From positions 1-59,183 of the forward strand of contig NZ_JASJGN010000389.1 in assembly GCF_033791525.1 (NCBI RefSeq): a stretch of 59,183 bases of DNA, in the 5' to 3' direction. The stretch is from Desulfosarcina sp. GTDB lineage: Bacteria > Desulfobacterota > Desulfobacteria > Desulfobacterales > Desulfosarcinaceae. Under the pieces are notes generated by a model. It was not told where the DNA came from, searched no databases, and saw only the letters and a list, made by a program, of their open reading frames with translations. This document shows, piece by piece, positions 48,204-58,782 of this stretch. Position 1 is the stretch's first letter; each line of letters opens with the position of its first letter. The translations under genes were made by a program, and so were the position numbers.

Positions 48204-49871
48204 ATGAAGAGTGACGACGCCAAAAAAGGTATCGAACGGGCACCCCACAGAGCCCTTTTCAAAGCCATTGGATACACGGATGAGGAGATCAAGCGGCCGC
48301 TGATCGGCATCGCCAATGCCGTCAATACCGCCATCCCCGGCCATGTTCACCTGGGCACCCTCGCTCAGGCGGTAAAGGCCGGAATCTACATGGCCGGCGG
48401 CACGCCGGTGGAATTCGGCACCATCGGCGTCTGCGACGGCATCGCCATGAATCACACCGGCATGAAGTACTCACTGGCCAGCCGCGAACTCATCGCCGAC
48501 TCCATCGAGGTAATGGCCGTTGGTCATGCCCTGGACGCCATGGTCATGATCCCCAACTGCGACAAGATCGTGCCGGGCATGCTCATGGCAGTCGCGCGGT
48601 TGGATCTGCCCACCATTTTCATCAGCGGCGGCCCCATGCTGGCCGGTGAGCACCCGGAAATACCCGGCCGGAAAATCGACCTGATTACCGTTTTTGAGGC
48701 TGTCGGCGCCGTAAAAGCCGGAAAAATGAAAGCAGACCGACTGGCTGACATCGAAGACGCCGCCTGCCCAACCTGCGGCTCCTGCGCCGGCATGTTCACC
48801 GCCAACTCCATGAATTGCCTGACCGAAGTGATCGGCATGGGCCTGCCGGGAAACGGCACCATCCCCGCCGTCTTCTCCGCCCGCGTGCGCCTGGCCAAGC
48901 AGGCGGGCATTCAAATCATGGACCTGTGGGAAAAAAAGCTCAGCGCCAGAAAAATCATGACTCCCGAGGCGTTCCACAATGCCCTGACCGTCGACATGGC
49001 TTTGGGATGTTCCACCAACACCGTGCTGCACCTGCCGGCAATTGCCGCAGAGGCCGATGTTTCTCTGGATTTGAACATGATCAACGCAATCAGTGAACAA
49101 ACGCCTCACATCTGCTCCCTGAGCCCCGGCGGCGAACACCACATTCAGGACCTGAACCGTGCCGGCGGCATCAGCGCCGTCCTGGGTGAACTGTCTGCGG
49201 CCGGTTTAATCCATGCAGACTGCCTGACCGTCACCGCCACGACCATCGCCGAGAATATCGACGGTGTCCTAACCCGTGACCCCGAGGTGATACGGCCGCT
49301 GGACCATCCCTACCACCCTCAGGGAGGCCTGGCCGTGCTTTACGGCAACCTGGCACCGGAAGGATGCGTGGTCAAGCCGTCGGCCGTTCTCGACGAAATG
49401 ATGCACCATGAAGGGCCGGCCAGAGTCTTTGATCCCGAGGAGACGGCAACTGAAGCCATCATGGCGGGCCGCATCAACAAGGGAGATGTCATCATCGTGC
49501 GTTACGAAGGTCCCATGGGCGGTCCGGGCATACGCGAAATGCTCACCCCCACGTCGGCCATCGCCGGCATGGGGCTGGATGCCCACGTGGCCCTGATTAC
49601 CGACGGCCGATTTTCGGGCGGATCACGCGGAGCCGCCATCGGTCACATCTCACCGGAAGCGGCCCAGGGCGGCCCCATTGCCATCGTAAAAGAAGGCGAT
49701 CGCATCGCCGTCGATATCCCCGCAAAAACCGTCTCTCTGAAAGTATCCGATGGCGAGATCAGCCGGCGTATGGCCGGCTGGCAGGAACCCGAACCGAAAA
49801 TCCGGCATGGGTACATGGCCCGCTACGCCCGGCAGGTATCGTCGGCCAGCCAGGGGGCGATTGTCAGATGA
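48204..49871 (+). CDS. ilvD: Dihydroxy-acid dehydratase
   Basis: [40 protein letters not shown]. Confidence 0.95.
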   Translation: MKSDDAKKGIERAPHRALFKAIGYTDEEIKRPLIGIANAVNTAIPGHVHLGTLAQAVKAGIYMAGGTPVEFGTIGVCDGIAMNHTGMKYSLASRELIADSIEVMAVGHALDAMVMIPNCDKIVPGMLMAVARLDLPTIFISGGPMLAGEHPEIPGRKIDLITVFEAVGAVKAGKMKADRLADIEDAACPTCGSCAGMFTANSMNCLTEVIGMGLPGNGTIPAVFSARVRLAKQAGIQIMDLWEKKLSARKIMTPEAFHNALTVDMALGCSTNTVLHLPAIAAEADVSLDLNMINAISEQTPHICSLSPGGEHHIQDLNRAGGISAVLGELSAAGLIHADCLTVTATTIAENIDGVLTRDPEVIRPLDHPYHPQGGLAVLYGNLAPEGCVVKPSAVLDEMMHHEGPARVFDPEETATEAIMAGRINKGDVIIVRYEGPMGGPGIREMLTPTSAIAGMGLDAHVALITDGRFSGGSRGAAIGHISPEAAQGGPIAIVKEGDRIAVDIPAKTVSLKVSDGEISRRMAGWQEPEPKIRHGYMARYARQVSSASQGAIVR

Positions 49872-49932
49872 CGGACAAACGACAGAAGCCGGAAGGCAGA
49901 GGTCGGATATCCGATCTCCGACCTCGGACTTC
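49866..49932. repeat. Heptamer-type repeat patch with hairpin
   Basis: CAGATGACGG is the reverse complement of CCGTCATCTG in the 40469-40502 unit; hairpin GAGGTCGGA/TCCGACCTC; overlaps the ilvD stop. Confidence 0.55.
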
Positions 49933-49953
49933 AGTAAAAAGGAGCACGATAAA

Positions 49954-51639
49954 ATGAAACTCACCGGAGCGCAGATTTTGATGGAAGTCCTTAAAGAAGA
50001 GGGCGTGGATTCCATTTTCGGGTTTCCCGGCGGTGCCACTATCGATATTCATGACCGTCTGGAAACAACCGATATCCGCCACTACCTGGTGCGTCATGAG
50101 CAGGGTGCGGTACATGCGGCCGACGGTTACGCCCGCGTCACCGGAAAAGTCGGCGTCTGTCTGGTCACCTCCGGACCGGGCGCCACCAACGCCGTCACCG
50201 GCGTGGCCACCGCCTATATGGACTCCATTCCCGTGGTGATCATCAGCGGCCAGGTACCCACCCACCTCATTGGCAATGATGCATTCCAGGAAGTGGATAT
50301 CGTCGGCATCACCCGACCCTGCACCAAGCACAACTACCTGGTGCCCTCGGTTGAGGAACTTCCACGGATTCTCAAGGAGGCCTTTCATATCGCCCGATCC
50401 GGCCGACCGGGGCCCGTGCTGGTAGACATTCCCAAGAATGTGCAGCAGGCCACGACCGATTTCAAACCCAAGCTAAAAGTCAATCTCAAATCCTACAACC
50501 CCACCTACAAACCCAATTCGAAACAGCTGCGCAAGGTGGTGGATCTGATCATGTCGGCCAAGCGTCCGGTGATATTTGCCGGTGGCGGCGTCATCCTTTC
50601 CAAAGGGGCCGAGGCGCTGACCAGGCTGGCCCGCACTGCCCGCATCCCGGTGACCACCTCCCTCATGGGGCTGGGCGCTTTTCCCGGCTCCGATCCCCTC
50701 TCGTTGGGGATGATCGGCATGCACGGCACTTACCGGGCCAACATGAGCACCGGCGAATGCGATCTGCTCATCGGCATCGGCGTACGCTTCGACGACCGGG
50801 TGACCGGCAAGACCGATTGCTTTGCCGCCCAGGCCGAAATCATTCACATCGACATCGACCCCACCTCCATTCGCAAGAACGTGCCGGTGAGCATCCCGGT
50901 GGTCGGAGACTGCAAAACCACACTGGAAGTGATCAACAGCTACCTGGCGGAAGAGGACCTGGACAAGCTGACGGCCAGCCGGAGCCCCTGGCTGGATCAG
51001 ATCGACGCATGGAAGCAGAATTTCAAGCTGTCCTACGTCCAGGAGGAAGAGATCAAACCCCAGTACGTGGTGGAAAAACTCTATGAACTGACCCGGGGCG
51101 ATGCCATCATCACCACGGAAGTGGGTCAGAACCAGATGTGGGCGGCCCAGTTTTATCTTTTCGACACTCCGGGTCGTTTTGTCACCTCCGGCGGACTGGG
51201 CACCATGGGCTTCGGCCTGCCGGCAGCCATCGGCGCCCAGGTGGCCTTCCCCGATGCCCTGGTGGTGGATGTGGCCGGAGACGGCAGCATCCAGATGAAC
51301 ATCCAGGAAATGGCTACCGCCGTACAGTACCAACTGCCGGTCAAGGTGGTCATCCTGAACAATTGCTACCTGGGCATGGTCCGCCAGTGGCAGGAATTGT
51401 TTTACGACAAGCGCTATGCCTGCACATGCATGGATCACGCGCCTGACTTCGTCAAACTGGCCGAGGCCTTTGGTGCCGTTGGATTGCGGGCCACCCGGCC
51501 GGACGAGGTGGAAACCGTCCTGCGCCAGGGTCTCGAAACGCCCGGCCCGGTGATCATGGATTTCAGGGTTGCCAAGGAAGAGTGCGTCTATCCGATGGTA
51601 CCGGCCGGGGCACCCATCACGGAAATGCTGCTGGTATAA
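49954..51639 (+). CDS. ilvB: Acetolactate synthase large subunit
   Basis: RBS AAGGAG; FGFPGG, RHEQGA, TSGPGATN, GDGS...NN..LGMVRQWQ. Confidence 0.96.
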   Translation: MKLTGAQILMEVLKEEGVDSIFGFPGGATIDIHDRLETTDIRHYLVRHEQGAVHAADGYARVTGKVGVCLVTSGPGATNAVTGVATAYMDSIPVVIISGQVPTHLIGNDAFQEVDIVGITRPCTKHNYLVPSVEELPRILKEAFHIARSGRPGPVLVDIPKNVQQATTDFKPKLKVNLKSYNPTYKPNSKQLRKVVDLIMSAKRPVIFAGGGVILSKGAEALTRLARTARIPVTTSLMGLGAFPGSDPLSLGMIGMHGTYRANMSTGECDLLIGIGVRFDDRVTGKTDCFAAQAEIIHIDIDPTSIRKNVPVSIPVVGDCKTTLEVINSYLAEEDLDKLTASRSPWLDQIDAWKQNFKLSYVQEEEIKPQYVVEKLYELTRGDAIITTEVGQNQMWAAQFYLFDTPGRFVTSGGLGTMGFGLPAAIGAQVAFPDALVVDVAGDGSIQMNIQEMATAVQYQLPVKVVILNNCYLGMVRQWQELFYDKRYACTCMDHAPDFVKLAEAFGAVGLRATRPDEVETVLRQGLETPGPVIMDFRVAKEECVYPMVPAGAPITEMLLV

Positions 51640-51645
51640 TTTGCT

Positions 51646-51870
51646 GTAAGCGTTCACAGGTTCAGCGTTCACCGTTCTGGGTTGGTTTTTTATTGGTTGA
51701 CCTCGTTCGCAGGCTAATAAATTCCTGATGAAACCGCCAATCCCAGAGCGAGTAACTCAGGCATGTAAACATTCACCGGATCAGCGTTTATCGCAAGTGG
51801 CTACTTTGGCTGAGGTTTCGGTGCTCTCTGAACCTCTGAACCCTGAACCTTTGAACCCGTAAACGGCTAC
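51646..51870. mobile_element. MITE-like element with TGAACC heptamer arms
   Basis: Imperfect TIRs GTAAGCGTTCACAGGTTCA and TGAACCCGTAAACGGCTAC; the arms are made of GTTCA/TGAAC units. Confidence 0.65.
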
Positions 51871-51917
51871 GATTTTTTAACCGTCACTTTTTGCTGAATT
51901 TAAGGGAACCACGCTTA

Positions 51918-52406
51918 ATGACAGAAGAGAAACACATCCTGACCATGCTGGTGGACAATGAACCCGGGGTGCTTTCCCGGATCGTCGGGTTGTTCAGCGG
52001 CCGTGGATTTAACATTGAAAGCCTCTGCGTGGCGGAAACCATCGATCCACAAGTATCCCGGATCACCATCGTCACCAAAGCCAATGAACCACTTGTTGAA
52101 CAGATCGAAAAGCAGCTTCGAAAACTGATCAATGTGATCAAGCTCAGAGACCTTACCGGGTCCGGATCGGTCCAACGGGAAATGGCGCTGGTCTGTGTTC
52201 GGGCCAAACCGGAAAATCGCGACGAGATACTGCGGATTGTCGATATTTTCAGATGCAAGGTGGTAGATGTGGGTTCCGAGTACTATATTATTGAGGCAAC
52301 CGGGACCGAAGATAAGATGAAGGCCCTGATCAACCTGCTCAAGCCCATGGGCATCAAGAAGATTGCCCGGACAGGCACCATCGCCTTGTTCAGGGAGCCC
52401 CACTAA
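51918..52406 (+). CDS. ilvN: Acetolactate synthase small subunit
   Basis: ACT domain NEPGVLSRI.GLFSGRGFNIESL; ARTG near the C-terminus. Confidence 0.95.
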   Translation: MTEEKHILTMLVDNEPGVLSRIVGLFSGRGFNIESLCVAETIDPQVSRITIVTKANEPLVEQIEKQLRKLINVIKLRDLTGSGSVQREMALVCVRAKPENRDEILRIVDIFRCKVVDVGSEYYIIEATGTEDKMKALINLLKPMGIKKIARTGTIALFREPH

Positions 52407-52525
52407 ACTGTCGATTGCATGCCGCTGGGGTATGTGGCGGCGGCGTATTAACAGGCTGTTAAACCGATTTGGAATAAAACGCAAGATAACCTACCGGAAT
52501 TAAAATATTAATCAAGGAGTGACAG

Positions 52526-53578
52526 ATGGCTCATATCGATTTTGGCGGAACGACTGAAGAAGTGATCACCTCAGAAGAATTTACCCTCCAGCAAGCACGC
52601 GAACTGCTTGAAAAAGAAACGGTTGCCGTGCTCGGTTACGGGGTCCAGGGGCCGGGACAGGCACTGAACATGCGCGATAACGGCATTGCGATCATTGTGG
52701 GTCAGCGGGAAGGGTCAGCCTCCTGGGACAAGGCCGTTGCCGATGGCTTTGTTCCCGGGAAAACCCTGTTCCCCATCGCGGAAGCCGCCCGGAAGGCCAC
52801 CGTGATCCAGTACCTGTTGTCCGATGCCGGCCAGGTGGTCATGTGGCCCACAATCGAAGCCTGCCTCAACGAAGGTGATGCCCTTTACTTTTCCCATGGC
52901 TTTGGCATCGTTTACCGGGATCAAACCGGGATCGTCCCACCGAAAAACGTGGATGTGATCCTGGCGGCACCAAAAGGCTCGGGAACCACGGTGCGCTCCA
53001 ACTTTCTGGACGGCAGTGGCATCAATTCCAGTTTTGCCGTTCATCAGGACTATACCGGACGGGCCAGGGCGCGCACCATCGCTTTAGGCATCGCCATCGG
53101 CTCCGGCTACCTTTTTCCCACCACCTTTGAAAAAGAGGTCCACAGTGACCTTACCGGCGAGCGCGGTGTGCTCATGGGGTGCCTGGCTGGTGTCATGGAG
53201 GCCCAGTACGCCGTACTTCGCAAGAACGGCCACAGCCCCAGTGAGGCCTTCAACGAGACGGTGGAAGAATTAACCCAGAGCCTGATACGACTGGTGGCCC
53301 AGAACGGCATGGACTGGATGTACGCCAACTGCAGCACCACCGCCCAGCGCGGCGCCCTGGACTGGGCCCCCCGCTTCCGGGATGCCGTGGCACCGGTGTT
53401 CGAACAACTATACACAAGCGTTGTTTCCGGTAAGGAGACCCGACGGACCCTTGAATGCAACAGCGCCCCGGATTACCGGGAACGGTTGGATGCGGAGCTG
53501 AAAGTTATTCACGATTCCGAGATGTGGCGGACCGGTGCCGCGGTGCGCGCCCTGCGACCGGAAAACCGACGAAAATAA
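52526..53578 (+). CDS. ilvC: Ketol-acid reductoisomerase
   Basis: GYGVQG, LSDAGQ, SHGF, APKGSG, SDLTGERG, NETVEE, CSTTAQRG. Confidence 0.94.
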   Translation: MAHIDFGGTTEEVITSEEFTLQQARELLEKETVAVLGYGVQGPGQALNMRDNGIAIIVGQREGSASWDKAVADGFVPGKTLFPIAEAARKATVIQYLLSDAGQVVMWPTIEACLNEGDALYFSHGFGIVYRDQTGIVPPKNVDVILAAPKGSGTTVRSNFLDGSGINSSFAVHQDYTGRARARTIALGIAIGSGYLFPTTFEKEVHSDLTGERGVLMGCLAGVMEAQYAVLRKNGHSPSEAFNETVEELTQSLIRLVAQNGMDWMYANCSTTAQRGALDWAPRFRDAVAPVFEQLYTSVVSGKETRRTLECNSAPDYRERLDAELKVIHDSEMWRTGAAVRALRPENRRK

Positions 53579-53650
53579 ATGGCATGGGGTTCCGGCCGGA
53601 GCCATCAGCCAGCCTGTTCCCGGAGTCATTGCAGTGTCAGGAGAAAAATA

Positions 53651-55312
53651 ATGCAACCAATCCTAATCTACGACACCACATTGAGAGACGGTACCCAGGG
53701 AGAAAACATCACCTTCACGGCCGACGAGAAGCTCAAGATCGCCATGCGGTTGGACGATTTGGGAGTCCACTACATCGAGGGCGGTTGGCCCGGATCCAAT
53801 CCCCGGGATATCCGCTTTTTCGACCTGGCCAAACGGGAACGATTCGAGACTGCCCGCATCACGGCGTTTGGATCCACGCGCAGGCCCGGCATCGATGCTG
53901 CCGACGATGCCAACCTGAATGCGATTCTGAAAAGTGAAACGCCGGCGGCGGCCATATTCGGCAAAAGCTGGACCTTTCACGTGCAGTCCATCATGGACAA
54001 CACCCTGGAGGAGAATCTGGCCATGATCGCCGACAGTGTTGCCTTTCTCAAAGCCAACGATCGGGAAGTGATATATGACGCCGAGCACTTTTTCGACGGA
54101 TTCAAGGATTCCCCGGACTACGCATTGGAAACGCTGGCAGCAGCCTTTGGCGCCGGCGCCGATTTTTTGGTCCTTTGCGACACCAACGGTGGCACCCTTC
54201 CCCAGGAAATTGAATCGACCGTCCAATCGGTCAGCGAGGGTCTGAAGCAACGATTCGGCGATACAGGGAATTTCAAACTGGGCATCCATACCCACAACGA
54301 TTGCGGCATGGCTGCTGCCAATGCCATCTCCGCCATCAACTGCGGTGCAATCATGGTTCACGGCACCATCAACGGCTACGGAGAACGCTGCGGCAACGCC
54401 GACCTGACCACCATCATTCCCGTTCTCAGCAGCAAAATGAACCGGCCCTGCATCCCGCAAGAAAAATTGGCCGGACTGAAAAGCATTTCCCGATATGTGA
54501 GCGAGACGGCCAACATTGTTCCGCTGAACTCCCGCCCCTTCGTGGGGCGCAGTGCCTTCGCCCACAAAGGCGGTATTCACGTCAGCGCCATCATGAAAGA
54601 ATCACGGGCCTACGAACACATTGACCCGGAAACCGTGGGCAACCAGCGCCGGGTGCTCATGTCCGACCTGGCCGGCAAGAGCAACGTGGAGTACAAGGCC
54701 AGGGAAATGGGCGTGGACCTGGGCGCCAACGGAAGTGACAGCAAGGCCATCGTTGCCGCCATCAAACAGATGGAAGACGAGGGTTATCAGTTCGACGTGG
54801 CTGACGGCTCCTTTCAGATCATGCTGGAAAAGTTCACCGAGCAGTTCAGGCCCTTGTTCGATCTGGAGTCCTTCCGGGTGACCATCGAAAAGGACAAGGA
54901 CCTACCCTGTTCTGCACACGCCACCATTAAAATTTCGGTGGGTGACAGTCACGAGATCACCGCCGCCGAAGGTCTTGGCCCGGTGAGCGCCCTGGACAAT
55001 GCCTTGAGAAAGGCATTGGGCAATTTCTACCCGGACCTGGACACCATGAAACTGGTGGACTTCAAGGTGCGCGTGGTGGACGGACGTGAGGGCACGGAGG
55101 CCAGAGTCCGGGTTTTGGTTGAATCCCGCGACCAGGACCAGATCTGGAGCACCATCGGCGTCTCCGAGGACATCATCGAGGCCAGTTGGCAGGCCCTGGC
55201 CGACAGCTTTCAGTTCAAGCTGGCCAAGGAAGCCCAACGACGCAGCAACCCGTCCCCAAGCAGTGAGGCGGAAGATCTTAAACAGGGATGGCCCATGTCG
55301 TTTAACGCCTGA
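53651..55312 (+). CDS. cimA: Citramalate synthase
   Basis: YDTTLRDGTQ, IEGGWPGSNP, DAEHFFDG, HTHND, AHKGGIH. Start moved to ATG 53651. Confidence 0.9.
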   Translation: MQPILIYDTTLRDGTQGENITFTADEKLKIAMRLDDLGVHYIEGGWPGSNPRDIRFFDLAKRERFETARITAFGSTRRPGIDAADDANLNAILKSETPAAAIFGKSWTFHVQSIMDNTLEENLAMIADSVAFLKANDREVIYDAEHFFDGFKDSPDYALETLAAAFGAGADFLVLCDTNGGTLPQEIESTVQSVSEGLKQRFGDTGNFKLGIHTHNDCGMAAANAISAINCGAIMVHGTINGYGERCGNADLTTIIPVLSSKMNRPCIPQEKLAGLKSISRYVSETANIVPLNSRPFVGRSAFAHKGGIHVSAIMKESRAYEHIDPETVGNQRRVLMSDLAGKSNVEYKAREMGVDLGANGSDSKAIVAAIKQMEDEGYQFDVADGSFQIMLEKFTEQFRPLFDLESFRVTIEKDKDLPCSAHATIKISVGDSHEITAAEGLGPVSALDNALRKALGNFYPDLDTMKLVDFKVRVVDGREGTEARVRVLVESRDQDQIWSTIGVSEDIIEASWQALADSFQFKLAKEAQRRSNPSPSSEAEDLKQGWPMSFNA

Positions 55313-55542
55313 AGCCGAAAACCGGAAAACAGCAGCTACCGCACCCAACCCGATTGACCAAGGAAGCAAAGCACCATGAATTCAGCCAAGGAAGGTATCA
55401 ACGCCGCGGGAACGACCATTCGGCCGATTCCGCGGCCCATGCTCGGCATCACCTGCTTTTTCTAAGTTGCCAAAGCGCCGCGGCTTCACGTGAACCGGGG
55501 GTTTTATCTTCAACCATGCATGCAATACAAAGGAGAACAGCA

Positions 55543-57087
55543 ATGACCGAGCGCATTAAAATATTCGACACCACCTTGCGGGACGGTGAGCAGAGTCCCG
55601 GCGCCAGCATGAATACCAACGAGAAAATGCGGCTGGCCGTCCAGTTGGAAAAGCTGGGCGTAGACATTCTCGAAGCGGGCTTTCCCGCCGCCTCCGAAGG
55701 CGACTTCGAGGCGGTTTCGGAAATCGCCAAACGCCTGAAGACCACTGAGGTTGCAGGTTTGGCACGGGCCAACAAGAGCGACATCGACCAGGCCTGGGGT
55801 GCAGTCCAGCACGCCGTCAATCCCCGCATCCACACCTTTATCGCCACCTCGGACATCCATCTGGACTACAAGCTGAAAATGTCCCGGGAAGAGGTGCTCA
55901 ACGCAGCGATAGAGGCGGTCAAGTACGCCAAGACCTTCACCGACAACGTGGAGTTTTCGGCCGAAGACGGCTCCCGCAGCGACCGGGACTACCTGTGCAA
56001 GGTGTTTGGCGCGGCCATCGAAGCAGGCGCCACCACGATCAACCTACCCGATACGGTGGGCTACGCCATCCCCCAGGAGTTCGAGGAGATGGTCAAGTAT
56101 GTGATGGCCAACACCGCGAACATGCACAAGGTCACGTTGAGCGTCCACTGCCACAACGATTTAGGCCTGGCCACAGCCAACACCATCGCCGCCATCAATG
56201 CCGGCGCCCGTCAGGCCGAAGTGACCATCAACGGCATCGGCGAGCGCGCGGGCAATACCTCCCTGGAAGAGGTGATCATGGCCCTGCACACTCGCCGGAA
56301 CCTCATGCCCTTCGACACCGGCATCCAGACCCAGCACATCTATTCCACCAGCCGCCTGGTAAGCATGATTACCGGCATCATGGTCCAGCCCAACAAAGCC
56401 GTCGTGGGTGCCAACGCCTTTGCCCACGAAGCGGGCATTCACCAGGATGGCATGCTGAAAAACCCCATGACCTATGAGATCATGAAGCCGGAGACCATCG
56501 GATTGAGCCATAACCAGCTGGTGTTAGGCAAGCATTCGGGCCGCCACGCCCTGTACACGCACCTGAAAAACCTGGGCTACGACCTGTCCGAAGATGAACT
56601 GAAAACGGTCTTCAAACAGTTCAAGACCCTGGCCGACAAGAAAAAGCACGTCATGGACGAAGACCTGGAAGCCCTGGTCACCGAGGGCGTGCTCAGGTCC
56701 GCCGAAGTCTTCTCTCTGGAATATCTGCACGTCACCTGTGGGACAACGGTCCTGCCCATGGCCAGTGTGCGGCTCTCCATCAACGGCCGCTCGGTTCAGG
56801 GCGCCAACTACGGCAACGGTCCCATCGATTCGGCATACAACACCATCGCCGAGTTGACCAACGCCAAGGCCGAACTGCTCCGTTTTACCGTCAGCGCCCT
56901 GACCGGGGGCACCGACGCCCAGGGCGAGGTGACGGTGCGCCTGCGTGAAAACGGCCTGATGGCCTTGGGCCGCGGTTCCGATCCGGACATCATCACAGCC
57001 AGCGCCAAGGCTTACATCAACGGGTTGAACCGGCTGGAGTATCTGAAGGCGCACCCGGTAAAGGCATCGCAGACGCTGTCGGTCTAA
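55543..57087 (+). CDS. leuA: 2-isopropylmalate synthase
   Basis: FDTTLRDGEQSPG, HCHND, GIGERAGN, HEAGIHQDG, GKHSG; RBS AAGGAG before ATG 55543. Confidence 0.95.
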   Translation: MTERIKIFDTTLRDGEQSPGASMNTNEKMRLAVQLEKLGVDILEAGFPAASEGDFEAVSEIAKRLKTTEVAGLARANKSDIDQAWGAVQHAVNPRIHTFIATSDIHLDYKLKMSREEVLNAAIEAVKYAKTFTDNVEFSAEDGSRSDRDYLCKVFGAAIEAGATTINLPDTVGYAIPQEFEEMVKYVMANTANMHKVTLSVHCHNDLGLATANTIAAINAGARQAEVTINGIGERAGNTSLEEVIMALHTRRNLMPFDTGIQTQHIYSTSRLVSMITGIMVQPNKAVVGANAFAHEAGIHQDGMLKNPMTYEIMKPETIGLSHNQLVLGKHSGRHALYTHLKNLGYDLSEDELKTVFKQFKTLADKKKHVMDEDLEALVTEGVLRSAEVFSLEYLHVTCGTTVLPMASVRLSINGRSVQGANYGNGPIDSAYNTIAELTNAKAELLRFTVSALTGGTDAQGEVTVRLRENGLMALGRGSDPDIITASAKAYINGLNRLEYLKAHPVKASQTLSV

Positions 57088-57158
57088 AGGCGAAGGACTG
57101 GCGTCGGACAACCGATGTCAGGCTGCTGATTTCACGGAACTGAAAATTAACGGGGCCA

Positions 57159-58208
57159 TCATTGCCAGAAGGCGCGGGCCAGCCGCGCGGTCTCTTCCGG
57201 AGCGGTAAAGGTGGCCATATCCCCCAGCATGACTTCGAAGCCGGTGTGATCGCTTCGGGTCCAGGGGGCGTAATTGGAACGAACCACCATAACGGCTCGC
57301 AACTCCAGCGCGCTTTGTGGTGTTTCCACCGAAAGCAGGCCGAAATTGTACCCGTTTCGGTTCAGACTGCGGTAGAGCCGTTGAACCCGGATCATGCCTG
57401 TGGCCAGATGGCGCCAGGCGTTTTCGTCCAGCATCATCAGGGAGGTTTTTCCGGGATAGATGGCCCAGATCTCGAAAAACCCTTCCGGCGCAAAAGCCGC
57501 CAACCATATCCACGGTCCGGTGCTGCCGATGTACCGTTCTCGCGCACGGACTTCATGGGCGGCATAATCACCAAAAAGCCCTCGCTGCAGGGCTTGCCAA
57601 TGGGTCAGTGCACGGTCGTAAAGGAACCGCTGGTGATTGGCGCCGATCCGGTCGGCATGAACCTGCAGGTGGGGGTGGACCATGGAACCTCCTGCCGATG
57701 GCAGGTGGTTCTGGGTGATCGCCATATGTATCGCTGATGGATCGTGCTGGTTTACCCGCCTTAAATAGTCAGCGCAATTGACCAGGCAGTCTGTGTAGCT
57801 GCTTTCGACGGCTGTGCCGATCTCCACAAAGTGGGTGTTGTCAAACAGACTCACCGCAGAATAGGGGCCATAGGGGAACAGGTTGGGAAACAGCAGCGAG
57901 TCCCCCCGGGTCATCCTGCCGGCCGGATGGATTTGGGGGATCAGCTGCGGTGTCTGCGTCAGCACCTGGGGGCGGCAAAAAGGGCAGCGCGCCGTCTGCC
58001 GCGAATCCGGGGGTGGCGAAGGCAGGCGCTCAACACCCGCCTCTTTTTCATTCACACGACTGAAGGCGATTCGACTGGTGCGGCCCGAAATGGGGTTAAT
58101 GCGAAGCTGAATGGTGCGGTCAGCCAATTCACCGGAAGGGTCTATCATTCGGGCCTGAACCGGTTCCATCGAGAACCAGCTGTCTGGAAGAACTGGGGTC
58201 TTCTGCAC
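57159..58208 (-). CDS. GalT-like (HIT superfamily) nucleotidyltransferase
   Basis: CPFC, FPNLFPY, AGGSMVHPHLQ (HxHxQ). Confidence 0.8.
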   Translation of the reverse strand: MQKTPVLPDSWFSMEPVQARMIDPSGELADRTIQLRINPISGRTSRIAFSRVNEKEAGVERLPSPPPDSRQTARCPFCRPQVLTQTPQLIPQIHPAGRMTRGDSLLFPNLFPYGPYSAVSLFDNTHFVEIGTAVESSYTDCLVNCADYLRRVNQHDPSAIHMAITQNHLPSAGGSMVHPHLQVHADRIGANHQRFLYDRALTHWQALQRGLFGDYAAHEVRARERYIGSTGPWIWLAAFAPEGFFEIWAIYPGKTSLMMLDENAWRHLATGMIRVQRLYRSLNRNGYNFGLLSVETPQSALELRAVMVVRSNYAPWTRSDHTGFEVMLGDMATFTAPEETARLARAFWQ

Positions 58209-58371
58209 CGCATCCTCCTTGGTGTCGGTATAGGTAAAACCAGCCTACCACATGGCAAAGGGCACTTCAAACCGACCCACCCGGCTGTTTTTTACGGCTA
58301 TTGATTTTTTTGTCAGCCCGTATTACATCCAATGTTCATATGATCCCCCGTTTCATCAAAAGGAGGTGGGA

Positions 58372-58668
58372 ATGGCAAAAGCGCCATTGAAGTACCAGCT
58401 GATCAACCCGGTTAAGATCAGGACCGAGAAGCCCGATCTGGATTTTCCAGCCGCCCAGTCTATGGCCGATGAAAAGGTGAAATCACTTTTTCCGGACCCC
58501 ATGCTGATTTCATGGTATAATGCCACGACCGGCGAATCGCATCCCAAGGTCGAATCCGGCGGTGCCGGAAAGCGAGGTTGGCTCAATTATGCCCAATCCC
58601 GCAATTGTGACATGACCGTCGACATCAATGACGAACAATTTGTTTTCATCTACCTGACGCAACCATAG
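58372..58668 (+). CDS. AF1514-like (DUF5619) hypothetical protein
   Basis: RBS AGGAGG; pattern PMLISW...W..YA.SR...VDINDEQFVF recalled for this family. Confidence 0.65.
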   Translation: MAKAPLKYQLINPVKIRTEKPDLDFPAAQSMADEKVKSLFPDPMLISWYNATTGESHPKVESGGAGKRGWLNYAQSRNCDMTVDINDEQFVFIYLTQP

Positions 58669-58782
58669 CCCCACCGCCCCTGAATTCTCTGGCACCGAAC
58701 GATTTAAGACAGACCATACGCCCGTCATACTCCCTGTGAGATCTGACCCGGAACAGCTGTGTCTAAGCGAGAAAGGAGCACA

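Noticed and set aside
49750-49953. N-terminal extensions on ilvB (likewise leuA, cimA, hisC, the ferredoxin and the gamma subunit)
   Set aside because: Artefacts of longest-ORF calling; downstream ATGs, most with a clear RBS, match the family N-termini.
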